DNA from: Octopus bimaculoides
Taxonomy: Eukaryota
Length of the DNA: 60,953 nt
Assembly (NCBI RefSeq): GCF_001194135.2
Contig: NC_068990.1
Coordinates: 81,416,238 to 81,477,190 of the forward strand
Reading direction: 5' to 3'
Shown piece after piece: positions 1 through 12,310 of the stretch. Position numbers and translations under genes: made by a program. The notes below the pieces were generated by a model that ran no database searches, was not told the DNA's origin, and saw nothing but the letters and a program-made list of their open reading frames with translations. Numbering within the stretch: position 1 is the first letter of the stretch; every line of letters starts with the position of its first letter.

Positions 1-59
<59 letters not shown>

Positions 60-68
60 CACTATTAT
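1..68. repeat. (ATT)n microsatellite
   Basis: Near-perfect ATT run from the window start. Confidence 0.98.
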
Positions 69-328
69 TTCTGTCTGGGTGGAAAAGTTAAAAATAGAGT
101 ATTATTTTAGGGAAAGATATGAAAGAGTTGTAATGTAATGCAATAAGTCCTTAATCCCTTGTTGTGTATGATGTCTGATGCCAAAAAATTATCATTATTG
201 ATGACTGAATTTATTGTTACTGTTGCTATTATCGATGCAGTCAAACATTTACTATTTTGGGGATTTAAGAGTTAGCGATTTAAGCTCAAAAGTCTTTTGC
301 ACCATATTCTTTCTATCAATCACTCATT

Positions 329-359
329 CTCTGTCTCTCTCTCTGTCTCTCTCTCTGTC

Positions 360-399
<40 letters not shown>

Positions 400-406
400 T
401 CTCTCC
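329..406. repeat. (CT)n/(CTGT) compound microsatellite
   Basis: Direct reading; explains the SLSLSL ORFs at 214-618. Confidence 0.95.
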
Positions 407-744
407 CGCTCCTTTTCTGTATTTCTCTCTATCTATCTTTCTATCTATCCCTTTTTTCTTTCTTTCCATCTACCTTTCCTCATTTTTTCCTTTCTTCCTT
501 TATTTCTTTGTTTCTTTCTTTGTTCTACTCTTTCTTTCTCTCTCTCTCTCTCTCTCTCACTCTCTTTCTTTCTCGTTCTCTTTCTCACGCTCGCTTTCCC
601 ATTAAATTCTTAATTTGATGTATAGTGTTTAAAGTGACTGTGGTTGTTGGATGCTGTTTAGTCCCCGATGACTCCGATGGAGAAGAGGTATAGTACAAAC
701 TTACCAGCAACTGTTCTTTACTCTGAATGTCCCGAACCATCGGA

Positions 745-910
745 CAAGTCTTTCTGCAGTCGCTCGACGCGCTAGAAATAGTAACCACTTCTACCATAAA
801 TCTTACCCTACCGTCTTAAAATGTTTGTTATTATTACTTAATCTTAATTTGGATGTATCTGGACACACCAATAATCGTAGATTATTTCAGCCATGACCAT
901 TCCTTCTTTT
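745..910 (+). repeat. Unclassified dispersed repeat (core gcagtcgctcgacNcgctagaaatagcaNccaaatct)
   Basis: Diverged related copies by eye at about 12770-12850 (+), 39880-39940 (+) and 40750-40800 (-). Confidence 0.45.
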
Positions 911-1769
911 ATTCATACAGAGTGTACCATTGTATTAGTAGAAACATTCTTTACAGTATCTAGACTGACTTTCCACTTTCCACGTTTAGATTTCACCGTT
1001 GTCATTCTTCGCCGTTCCTGAGTAAAAAAAAAGACTGGCAAAATCGTTAGCTTTTTAGACCAGACGCCTTGTAGTACTTGTTCGTGAAGAATACGTTCTT
1101 AATATTTATGTAGTAGACTTAATTCATTACTTAGTTTAACACCACCACCAAATCCTTAGGTGGCTTTACTTGAAGTTCAGTGTATTGCAGGTATTCGACC
1201 CAGGTCTCCTGTTTAAGAGAAACTTCTTTTCACCAGTCTTGGAGGCCTTGAAATATAAAGGGCTATAGACATTGCTCTTACTTCTTTCACTAAACGGTTT
1301 AACAAAATACTAGTAGAGAATGACTTTATTTGTGGAGAATTACTGTTTTTATGGAGAATGACATTTTTAAAGATATAAGGATTCAATTTGAAGGAGGCGT
1401 GGCCGTTTTTCTAACAAATTTCGTGATCGTGTAAAGTGTAAACTGGTTTCTTAATACGTGTTCAATAATACTGGACATAATATTGGTTCCAACTTTTAGA
1501 ACAAGGCCACAGTTGCAGGTGAGGGGTTAAGTCGATTGCATTGACCTCAGTGCTCAGCTGGAGCTTATTTTATACAGGCACTACCTATTTTTGATACAAG
1601 CTCTAGAAGTGGGATACAAATCAGCTCCAGTACTTATTTTATTGGTCCTGAACAAAAAACGAAATGAAACAGGAAGTTGACTCTGTTCTTCCTACCCGCA
1701 TTTCAACTCAGAGCATAAAGGAACAAAATTCAACGCTGCAATATATTTCCACATTATAGATATGTGACA

Positions 1770-1965
1770 TAGGCACGAGGCCCAAAAGTTAGATGAGAAT
1801 TAGTACGGATGGTATCGATCCCAGTATTCAATAGGTATTTCAGTTTATCGACCCCAGAAGGATGAAAGGCAAAGTCGATCTTCCACCGGGGTTTGAACAA
1901 GAATGTAAAGGAACGTAACTCAAAACTGTAAGACATCTCATCCACAACTCTGCTAATCCTGCTAT
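1770..1965 (-). mobile_element. tRNA-headed SINE with Meta/MESC-like central domain, decayed
   Basis: Contains tttatcgaccccagaaggatgaaaggcaaagtcga, the reverse complement of the central domain seen in better copies at 43384 and 49065. Confidence 0.75.
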
Positions 1966-2849
1966 TCGACGAGAGCGCATGTAACTCCGCAGCCCAAAGC
2001 TGGATAAACACAGGCGCCCACAGATATCACAGTGATAGTTTATTGACTGGATTGAGGTGGATGCTGCCCTGTGACGTCTGTTCTCCTATTCCATACCGTT
2101 TTATAATAGCAACAGCTCTTCACAGATAGTGTAATAAGCTAGTTCTATTGCTTTCCGGTGGACAATGTAACTCGATAGACTGTGTCGTTTTCAGATACCT
2201 TCTGGTTAATACTGTTTTCTCTCTTCTCAAATTCGAAGCTTTATGGCAAACCATAATGACGTCAGCAGTTATTAAGATTTATTAAATAATACTTGGATGC
2301 CATTTATTCTATCATATGTTCATGATTTCTTCATATTTTTATCTAATTATTCAAATTTTCTTCTTGTAAAATATTTAAAATATGCTTTCATTTTATTAAA
2401 ATTTTGTCAGAGATTCCTTGATATTCTTTTGACGATTCTTTTACATTTTGTACTGTAACATTAATATTTTATTTTCACTTCCTATCTTAAAGAAATTGGT
2501 AAACTAACTGACAAATACTGAAGAAGCCATGTCGTTAGAGCATTAGAAAATCAATTTCCATATCCATTAATAAATAACATTTTCAAAAGGATAAAAACCC
2601 ACGCTCTTGTATTGGGCTATCTGTCAGGCCGGCTACGTTGGCTTGAGCGTCTAAATATTTATGAGGGTCAATATGAATGATAAGATGACTGTGTATTTGG
2701 GAAAAATGTGATGAGAATGTTGTTTTTTCCTTAGAACTGTAGTAATATATGTGAGGATAAATAGTACCTGACAGTTTTTTTTTTTTTTTAACCATAAAAT
2801 GATAAAGCGTAAAAGTAATCCAATCAGTATTCTTCTTTCAGTTTCCGTT

Positions 2850-2955
2850 TACCAAATTCACTCACAAGGATTTGGTCGGCCTGAGGCTATAGTAAAAGAC
2901 TCTTGCCCAAGTTGTCACACAGTGGGACTGAACCCAGAACCTTGTGGTTGGGAAA
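2850..2955 (-). mobile_element. 5' fragment of the long CORE-like SINE
   Basis: Reverse complement matches the head/core of the 33351-33816 element (ttgggcaagagtcttttactatagcctcaggccgaccaaatccttgtgagtgaattt). Confidence 0.7.
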
Positions 2956-3384
2956 TGTATGTATCATATATACTAGCATATTTTCATCATTGGCAGATAA
3001 AGGAGTAATTTATGTCTCATCATACACTAATACTTTACCTCTTGATGTGTTATGATTGATGAGGCTCATATTAACTCGTAACCTATGTAATCCTGGATGA
3101 TAGAACCCTTGTGTAATATAATCTTAATATCGCGAGATCTGTCTAGATGTGTTTGATATATAAGCTTGTATCATAAACCCTAATGGGGGAATGCCTTCTC
3201 GTTACCAAAATGCGTCAGTAATTTACGAGGAGAGCTAATAAATCCAAAACTTTTCATAATTAAATGATGGGTATTATATTATTGCAATGCAGCTGCTGCT
3301 GCTGTTGTTGTTATTGTTAGTGGTGGTGGTGGTGGTGGTGACCTATTAATCTCTTTTTTATGTTACCATAGTTATCTAATAAAA

Positions 3385-3610
3385 GCGTATGGCCCTATTG
3401 GTTAGTGTGTGAGACTCATTATCGGTAGGTCACGGATGCGATTCCTGAAAAGGGTGTACGTTGCATACTTAAGCAATGTATTTTCTTCCACCTTGCTCCG
3501 TTACATATGGCTGATAACGAATAGCAGTGACATCCGGAGGTTAATACTTTCAATCCGTAGCCAGGAGAATCCATGTACTCTCAGCCTAAATGCCCGATAA
3601 ACTACGGCCT
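3385..3610 (+). mobile_element. Old tRNA-headed CORE-like SINE
   Basis: Degenerate A box (tggccctattggttag) and B-box-like gatgcgattcc followed by a CORE-like segment. Confidence 0.45.
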
Positions 3611-3797
3611 TATAAAATTGCAAGCTTCATCTTTAAATATGCGTGCGTGTTGACAGTATTTATACCTACACTACGTTTCGACAGGTTTGATCTCTGGTCG
3701 TTATCAGTTGTTGCATGTCTGCATAGATGTATAAATATTGACAGTGTGGATTCAAGCAAAGAGCCTTAGTTTCTGAATAGAAGTAATAACAGTCTTA

Positions 3798-3975
3798 TAA
3801 AGCGTCGAGCTGGCAGAATCGTTAGCACGCCGGGCACAATGCTTAGTGGTATTTCGTCCATCTATACGTTTTGAGGTCAAGTACCGCCGAGATCAACTTT
3901 GCTTTTCATCCTTTCGGGGGTTGATAAAATAAAAGGCAGTTGAGCACTGGGATCAATGCAATTGACTTAAATACT
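3798..3975 (+). mobile_element. Meta/MESC-domain SINE
   Basis: gcgtcgagctggcagaatcgttagcacgccgggc head, then ttttcatcctttcgggggttgataaaataa central domain. Confidence 0.85.
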
Positions 3976-4380
3976 CTAAGAGTATAAAAGTTGCACCCCT
4001 CTGTCAAGTCACGTCGAACCAGCATGATCTCAAGCTCAAATTTATGGCCTCCACATTAGACCATAGTTGGTGCAGGCAACATACTGAGGCATTCGTTCTG
4101 CAGTAGACTGAACATAGGCAATCTAATCCATTCAGTTATCTCATGATGATCGGTTAATGAAACGGTGGAAATATTATTTAGATGGAAATATTTTTTTTTT
4201 AATTAATCTCTAAATATGAAATAAATAACACCAAAGTAATAATTTCATGGCAGACTGAATACAAATATTTTTCTAACAGTCACAGACTGGTAAATTCTCG
4301 CAAGATAGCCCTATGTACCGAACAAATTTTTCTTAATCACTTAAATTTTCCTCTTCTCTTTTTCATTTTTCCAAGCAGAA

Positions 4381-4418
<38 letters not shown>

Positions 4419-6559
4419 TGCCTCTGGATCTCAAAGCTTATATTTTCCTCACATACATCGGCCTGCATTAGTTGAAGCTTATCTCAGACTTCATCGACTC
4501 AACAGTAGTGGGAGACCAGGCAAAGATCATTGACATGGCTCTTTCTGCTCCAGTACTTACAGTGCGCAATTTCAAATACATTATTGGCAAATTAGTTTGA
4601 TAAACCATTTTATATCCTCCCAGAACAAAACCTTGATGTTCTTATCTGTGGTAAATTTAAATTAAATTCAACATGTGTTTTTCGATTAGCAATTTATGCA
4701 GATTTATGCACATTTTGACATGAATATTGTTTTCAATTTTCTTCTTCAACTCCGAACAAGCAAACTGTCTTAATTAAATAGCAATTAACAAAGTCATTGT
4801 TTTCAGTAACACTTTGTGGTTGTTTTCTTTTCTTTTTTCCTTTTTTTTTTCTTTTCTCTTAAAGGGCAACGACAAAGCATTAGCTATTGTTGTATATTTG
4901 AGAATCTGTTGTTTTTCAACAAACTTGAATTTTTGTAAAATTCTTTGAATATTTAATTAATTCTGATAGTATACCGTTAATTGAGGGTAATTTTGAATTT
5001 TAATAACTGCCACCAACAATTTGCCTAAATTAAATGGCTAACTCAAGTCATAAATATGATATATTTTGTGAGGGAGAAATACTGGTAAACATGTATATAC
5101 TCATTAAGGCATGGATTTAAATGTTTTTGTTGTTACGCTCGGATATAAACATATTACTAACATTTTTAAATATGAGCTTATACCAAGATTTGTCTAACGA
5201 ATAAAGGTTGAACTTTATTAATTACTCGTTACGAAGGTATGTTCTTGTTTAATTCTTTTCATATCGCTATTTGCTCTCGAAATATTTGTAAATAATATAA
5301 ATGTTGTCATTTAGATTTTAGAGCTGTTTCTTTTTCTTTCTTTCTTTTCCATTTTCAATAAATATTCAATGTATTTGAGGAAGAAAAATACGAGAAAGAT
5401 ACTTGATATTGTTTGTAATTAATCAACGCCAACAGAGATCATCTATTTGACAAGTAGTAATTTATCATTAGTTTAATTGAAAACAGTTTTGAAAATTGCT
5501 AAAACGAATAAACAATCTAAGTGAAGCAAGAAGAGAAGCATTAAAAAGTGATGCAGCGTGTAAGAAATAAGGGAATAATAATATTCGAAATGAATGGAAG
5601 TTCAAGGCGTCACCATATATATCTTAAATAACAGAAAAGAGAACAGGATGTGTGATATGTTATGTTTGAATGGGGAAAGAAATATGAAATAAAATACCAA
5701 TTGTTAGAGAAAATATCATCTAATAATAGTTGTCAGTTAATAACAGCCTAATATTAATCATTTTAATATCTACAGTCGAAAATAAATGAATAAATACAAT
5801 ATATTTTGTATGCCTGCGCGTGTGTGTATCAGTTTGTGTCTGTGCGCGTATGTGTGTACGAGAGAGTGGAAGTGTGTTTGAGAGAGAGAGGATGCGCATG
5901 CGCGTGTGAAAAACTATGGTAATGAGTGAGTGATCTTACTGAAAGATGATTGTCCTTAGCAGTCAGAATTCTCTTTGAAGAAAAGTAACATTAGTGAACC
6001 AACTACTAAGTAATTATTAACATGCTTTTAGAAAACTAGATCACGGATACCTTCGAAATTTTGAGTATCCACTCTGGTATCGCAAAGTCTTTATGACCTT
6101 ATTTTTTTCATTCTCTCCTCTACAATCATATTTGAACGCCTTGCTTTAATATTAATAGCATGATCAGTCTTTATGAAACGAGAGAACTTGTTTTCAACGT
6201 TGAAAGGTTCCAAGTCCAAATAATTGCACCATAGCTATTCCAACAAACAACCGTAGCTGTAATGACAACAACAGCAGCAGCAGCAGCAATGTAACGAAGA
6301 TACCATTCTGCTTATGGGAGAAGAGATTTCATCGTTGAAAGTAGAAAGGTCCCCAAAAATTGCACCACTGATACAGTGGCAAACGAGAGTTGCAATAAAA
6401 CATTAGCAAATGTGATAACAGCAGCAGCAGCAGTAGCAAAAACAGAAGTGATGGCAAATAAAGACAACAATAGAAAAAAGCGCAACAGCAACAATGACAG
6501 CAGCAGTAGTAGTAATGCTACTAAAAGAAAGGACAGCAACAATAGGAATGTTTTATTCG

Positions 6560-6990
6560 CTGGAATAATCTCCACATGGGAGTCATACATTCCCTTGCGG
6601 ACGAAAGTAAAAGACGCCACTCGATTTAGGAAAATTGAGGGGCAACGGGCAAAGCTTGCACCCACGCCTGAAATTCAAGCTGCAAATTGTCTTCTCGTGC
6701 CGCAATTCGCATTTGATTGGACTGGAGCGCCTACTCTTCAACCTTTATGGAAGGGACGCGTTTTACTTTTCAGACGCTTCATTTACTGTCAATATCTGTT
6801 ATGTAGAGGATTGCACATGCTGTGGTGCAGCATGTGTTGAGGCTACGACGTCTTCTCCAGTAATTATTTCCTTTACAGAACTGCATCGAGCAAAGATTGA
6901 AGCATGATACTTAGCACCTGTATTGTTGTTAGACATCACTGATCTAAACCAGTCGGGTAAAACGACAGGTAACGTTTCCACGTTGGCGTT
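6560..6990 (-). mobile_element. Possible decayed RTE-like LINE 3' end
   Basis: Minus-strand frames give ITDIDSK*SV*KVKRVPSIKVEE*ALQSNQMRIAARED and CARCPSIFLNRVAS, loosely like the RTE ORF C-terminus. Weak, by eye. Confidence 0.3.
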
Positions 6991-7199
6991 CTATCGTGGA
7001 TTGTTGGTGAACGGAATCGATAGGGCGTTGGGCAAAATGCTTTGCACTTTGCGGTATTTGTTTCCGCTCTTCATGTTCAAATCCCGCTGAGGTAACTTTG
7101 CTTTTGACACCCCCACCGCTATCGTCAACATAAAGAATTCATCAAGGACTGGGGGCGATGATATTGAATAATCCTTCACAACTGCCAGAATTGTGACTA

Positions 7200-8230
7200 T
7201 TCTAGAAATAATTACTATAAAGTTGTTTCATGTTAATTTAGCTAGCAGGGATGTTAACTTGGTGGACAACAAGTCACCTCAAATTTCATGAATCTTTCTT
7301 ATGATTCTTGCAGAATGCAGGCTGACCCATTATGCAAATGCGTGTCATCCTGAACTGAAACAATGCATGTCTTAGTTCCAGTGTCCTTTATCCTCTTAGG
7401 TAGCAGTTTTGCTGTTTTGCCTCGTGCATCAAGTATCACAGGAACAAGTGTCATCTTAGATTTCTACCACAATCTCTCCATCTTTCTGGCGAAGTCCTGA
7501 TATTTCTCTTTCTTTCAAAATTTTTTGGTATCCACTATATTATCACATGATATTGCAAAGTCTGTTACCTTACATTTTCTCCTATACATTTATATTGGGT
7601 CTCCATGCTTTAATAGTATAGCGAGTCTTTATGGAGAAATCTCATAAAATCTTGTGATTATCATCCGCTATCAGTCTTTGGTTTGTATTCGTACCAGATT
7701 TCTGTCACTCTGAATCAGCACACTTGGCTAACATCCCACTGCACTCTTTTACGGAAACAGTCATGCCTACGCTTATATTATTTTTGTGCTAGCTTACAGC
7801 ATTCACTTAAGTGATGGTTTATACTGTCACTCCTTTTTCTCCAGATCCTGCGTTTGCTCTCTGACTGCGTTTTATAAACTTTGCCTTTATCAAGTTCGTT
7901 CTAATAGCTTGTTTCTGATAGCCGAAATTAACTGGATTTCTTGTTTCGAGTTTCCATCTGTCAGCTGCAACCAGCATTCTTTACTTCCAGCATCTTGGGT
8001 TTGTTACGTGAATCTTTCTCTTTCAATTATTTTTATAGTCATTCTCCCTTCTGTTCCAGAAATCTCTTACTGTTTCATTAACTTCTTGAATATTTCTGGC
8101 AGATTACTGTATTTTTTCTTTACTACGAATAACGTTGTTTTTAAGACCTCTACTCACAGTACAGATGATGTCTTCTGCGTTCAACCAACAACTGCCTCTT
8201 TCCTTTAATCTTTCACTGCTATTCGCGTTT
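7200..8230 (-). mobile_element. R4/Dong-like (RLE-type) non-LTR retrotransposon, decayed 3' region
   Basis: Frameshifted minus-strand translation: QTQDAGSKECWLQL, QKQAIRTNLIKAK, KRRHD, VTEIWYEYKP, GSACIL, in the order expected for the post-RT, zinc-knuckle and RLE region. Confidence 0.75.
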
Positions 8231-10559
8231 ATCAACTTGTTATAAGCGGCTTCAAAGTAAAGCTTTTATTAAAATAGCTTCGATAATAAAAGGAAATATA
8301 GATTATAACAGTTTTAATATGAGGTTCATAAAAAAGCAGTAAATCGAAGTTTAACAGTTGCCATAACATTAACAAAATCAAAGGTTAGCATTTATTATAA
8401 CATTTACCACCACCTTATTGAAATTCATAACTAACTTGTATTATTCTAGTCAATGTTACTATAACGATTAGGAACCTTATGCAAATTGGCCTCCTTCCAC
8501 GAATCACATTAGGTGACATCTCAGATTAATCCTTTTTAACTTCATAAAACGTGTTTTACTTTATCATTCTCCAATTCAAGAGAAGACAAGTTTAGCATGC
8601 TTAATTACCTGTACTCTGTACAATTGATATTGTCGATACAGTATCGATTCATTTATCAGATTTTCGTATTGTTACTAAATAATGTTAATGCTCTCTTTAA
8701 CTTCAAGATGAAACAATACATTATTTTCATTCGTGAGGGGACTTCCTTAACTTCTTTTTTTTTTTAAATATTTCAATAGCATCATATGGTGTCCTCATTG
8801 ACAGCACTAGAAGATGCTACAACAGTTGCAAGCTCTCCATGAAGAACAACTTCCAATTGTTCCCAAGTTTCAGGTATGTAAAATATGCTTAATAAAATTC
8901 TATCCCCCGCGATTATATTTCTCTATTCACAAATTAGTTGAAGGACGGCATAATGTTGTTATGGAATGAGTTACACCATCCTGAAGACAAACTGAATAAA
9001 ATTTTATCAATAAAATCGGAGACATTGATATCAGAGGGAGAAAATTCAGGGCGCCGAAAATGAAAAATCAATTATCATAAACAACGAACGAAATCTCATT
9101 CAGTAAAAATCAAAATTGAAATCTACCATATTAATCATCGATTGTTTGTAGAGAAGGGCTTCTAGTTAATAATGCAGTATTCTTTAGTAAAAAAAAAATA
9201 TATAAAAAGCGCTTAAAAGAACAGGATCCTTTAGATTGTGACTCTTTAGAAAATTTTGGTTTGTAAACTGTACACACATTGTGCAAGTGAAACATAACTG
9301 TGCACTTGTATCAGTGAGAATAATGTTGTTGTATACACTACAACACTCTGGTCATACTTTAATGAGTCAAGTAAAGATAACAGTTGTACAAATTGTAATA
9401 TCGAAATAGAGAATATTACGTAACATTACTAAGACCTCATTAGTAATTCTAGATTTTATATTCGGAGAAAAATGTGCCACAACTTTTCGAACGGTTTCTA
9501 TATTGTATGAAAGGACTAAACTAACGTCTACATTTCTCACAATCTTTAAATATTGACAAAGCTTCCAGTTAAACACCATCTGATCCTCATTTAATGAGTA
9601 ATAGTGTTTTTCATAGAAAAACCAACTGGTCTATCTGATGAAGAAAATACCCAACTAATGACTACAGAAACATCAGTCTCAAGATAAAGCTTAAGATACT
9701 GTAACTATATCTGCTTTTAATATGAAAAGAAAGTTTAATGCCTCGATATGCAATGGAAATGACTTTTTCCTGTGCAATTAATGGTAACTTTTAATATGTT
9801 GAGTTTCGTAAGCAAGCAATTTAAAAAAGTTTTCGGGGTAAGATGTAGTTAGTATAGAAAAATATAGCCAAAGCTTTAACTTCTTGGCGTCAGTATGCCT
9901 ATTCCAATTTTCAATGATCTAACCAAAACAATTTCTTGACAAACAAATACATATGAATTAATGTGAAATTAATTTCTTTGGCAACATTTAAAAGAAGCAA
10001 TGAGATGTGAATCCTTTTCACACTACAAATTCTTATATCAATATAAGTGAAAGTATTTATGAGATAATATTTCTCAATTATTGTGTCCTTATACTTGCAT
10101 ATGTGACACAAACGGGCAATAGATAAAATTGATACAACTTCCCCATTAATTTCAAATACAGTAAGGGTTTTATCTTTATTCCGGATTTATCTTTAATGAT
10201 AACCCGATTTTATATCTATTTTAGGGATAATTTTATTTTTATCAGCTCTATTCGCAATGTTGTCAAGATTGAAAGATTGATGGGCATCATGCTGAGAATA
10301 TCTATTGACAGTTTATTAACAATCGAGGATTATTACTTCTGATAAGAATTTGTACAAATCATGGTAAAGGTGAAGCCTTCTAACAGGTACTTAATTAATT
10401 TTTGAAGATGAATTCACAGTCTCCTGAAGATAACTTGCGTGATTTAGTACATTCGTTTTGAAGACTTGATAAAAAAAACTAAACAGAAAATAGAGCAACC
10501 AAGTCAATTTTCATTTATTTTTATTTTTATCGTTTCTTCGATGCAACCACTGTGGTCAT

Positions 10560-11900
10560 GTAAAAGCTTCCCACCTCTCAAAACATTTCTTTGAATTTTC
10601 AATGAAACGTGTACGATCTTTTAAGCTGCTGCGAATGGGAAGCAAAAAGTAGACTAAGATTTCCATAGTTGGTTTGCTTTTTCATATATAAAAGCAGCCT
10701 GTCCAATCTGTAGCTTCATCTAATCAAACCGGCTTTTAAGCCCCAAACCCTATTCTTGTTCTCAGGCGATTCGATGATCCAGCAGAGGTTTTATCAGCCA
10801 GGAAGGTCTTTAGCATGAGAATACCCATGTCAGCTGGAGGAAAACTGTTCTCAAGCTTCTCCATCCGATGGTTTAGCACAACTTTTCCGAGAGAGTAAGC
10901 TTCTTAGTTTCAGTCGGTGAGCCCGAGATTGAACTCTATGGAAGAGGTGATGTTCATCATTAATGTCCTATCTTATCTTGGTTTGATTGACACCATCAAA
11001 TCTGATAGCAACGAGGGAAATGCCAGGAAGAAGTCCGAGTTATCTGTACTGGTGAACTTCAGACAACTAGTGATTAGGCAGCGTGTGTAATTCAATGCTG
11101 AAGCTAAGTACTTGGCATGAGTTGATCTCTTCAGACCAATAAAGAAAGCATTCATACTTTGCATAACACATAGCCAGAGCAGTAGGTTGTAACATGTGTT
11201 CTGAAGCACCCAATCAGAAGTCAATCATTTTCGTAAGAGGCCATTTCAGGACCCGACTGTCTATTAAGGTTTTACAGACTTCGCAAAGAAGGACGTGGTT
11301 CAGAGATACACTAGATAAAGTGATCCCAGTGCTCAAGCAGTGTACCTGACCATCGGATGCTATGAAGTCGATTGGCTTTGTCATTTCCAAGATGGGAAGA
11401 GTTGAGTCTTTGCAAGGTCAGCATGTAAACATTTGCACTCGCAGTAAAAAGAATATTGGATGTGAGATGTTACATAGAGGGCGTCCGCATAGACGAACTA
11501 CTCACTTTTCTGGTTTATTGACTGGTCAATAGTGGTCGATTTTATAATACTTGTGGAACAAACACAGTACTTCGATGTAAGTTGTTGACACTGATAACGC
11601 CTTTGTTTGTTCAAGACAACGAATGCCAATCCTTCAGAATGGCATTCGTTGCTGCAATGAAATCTGTAAGCACCAAATCTTGTGTCAACTTCAAGATCTT
11701 TTTCAGGAAAAGGCTGTGTTCCACTGCGTTATGTGCAGTAGACAGATCAAAAACTACACCTGTAATCAGACTATTCTGGAACTCATCCTCGACATGATGA
11801 GACACAGACATTGCTTGTTGTAGATTTACTACAGTCAGAATCTGACTAAAATACCGGAAGGTACTGACTATCGCATTCAGTTAGGTAGATTTATTACTTT
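10560..11900 (-). mobile_element. Ingi/Vingi-like non-LTR retrotransposon, RT and C-terminus, decayed
   Basis: Minus strand: HHVEDEFQNSLITGVVFDLSTAHNAVEH (RT domain 3), FVYADA (YADD), RSTHAKYLASALNYTRCLITSCLKFT and NRLRTRIG. Multiple stops and frameshifts. Confidence 0.7.
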
Positions 11901-11949
11901 CCTTGAAATTTAAACAGAATTTAAATAATTCCCTCTTGTCGATATACCA

Positions 11950-12310
11950 CTCCCAAATTTGGCGTATGTCCAGTTTAGGAACGCATCCTAAGAACACGTT
12001 CTCAAAAGTAGTGAGCTGTTCAGGGCTATTTACAAATTCAGAGAGTAGGGTACTAGGTAAACAGAGTCGTCTAATACTTTGCCAAAAGCCACAGACAAGT
12101 AGTGAAGAGTGAGAAGGTGCGCTATCATGGTGCAGTATCTAAGTTTGGCTTATCCATGTCTCTGACATCTTCCTTCATAATGCTTCTTTCCAGAACCTCG
12201 GGATATCCAAATAAAGGTTTTTATTTATCGTGTGATCACGTGGAACAAATCCACAGAGCAAGACAGCGTTCTTCCAATCAAAAAAGACAATCAACATCGC
12301 TTTCGGATTA
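11950..12310 (-). mobile_element. mariner transposase fragment (pseudogene)
   Basis: KAMLIVFFDW...FVPRDHTINKNLYLDI, ILHHDSAPSHSS and LVPYSLNL resemble the mariner KVMLIVFFD, HHDNAPAH and PPYSPDLAP motifs. Confidence 0.8.

Noticed and set aside
4500-4700. Possible APE endonuclease remnant (NLDVLICGKF)
   Set aside because: Single weak motif with no flanking LINE evidence.
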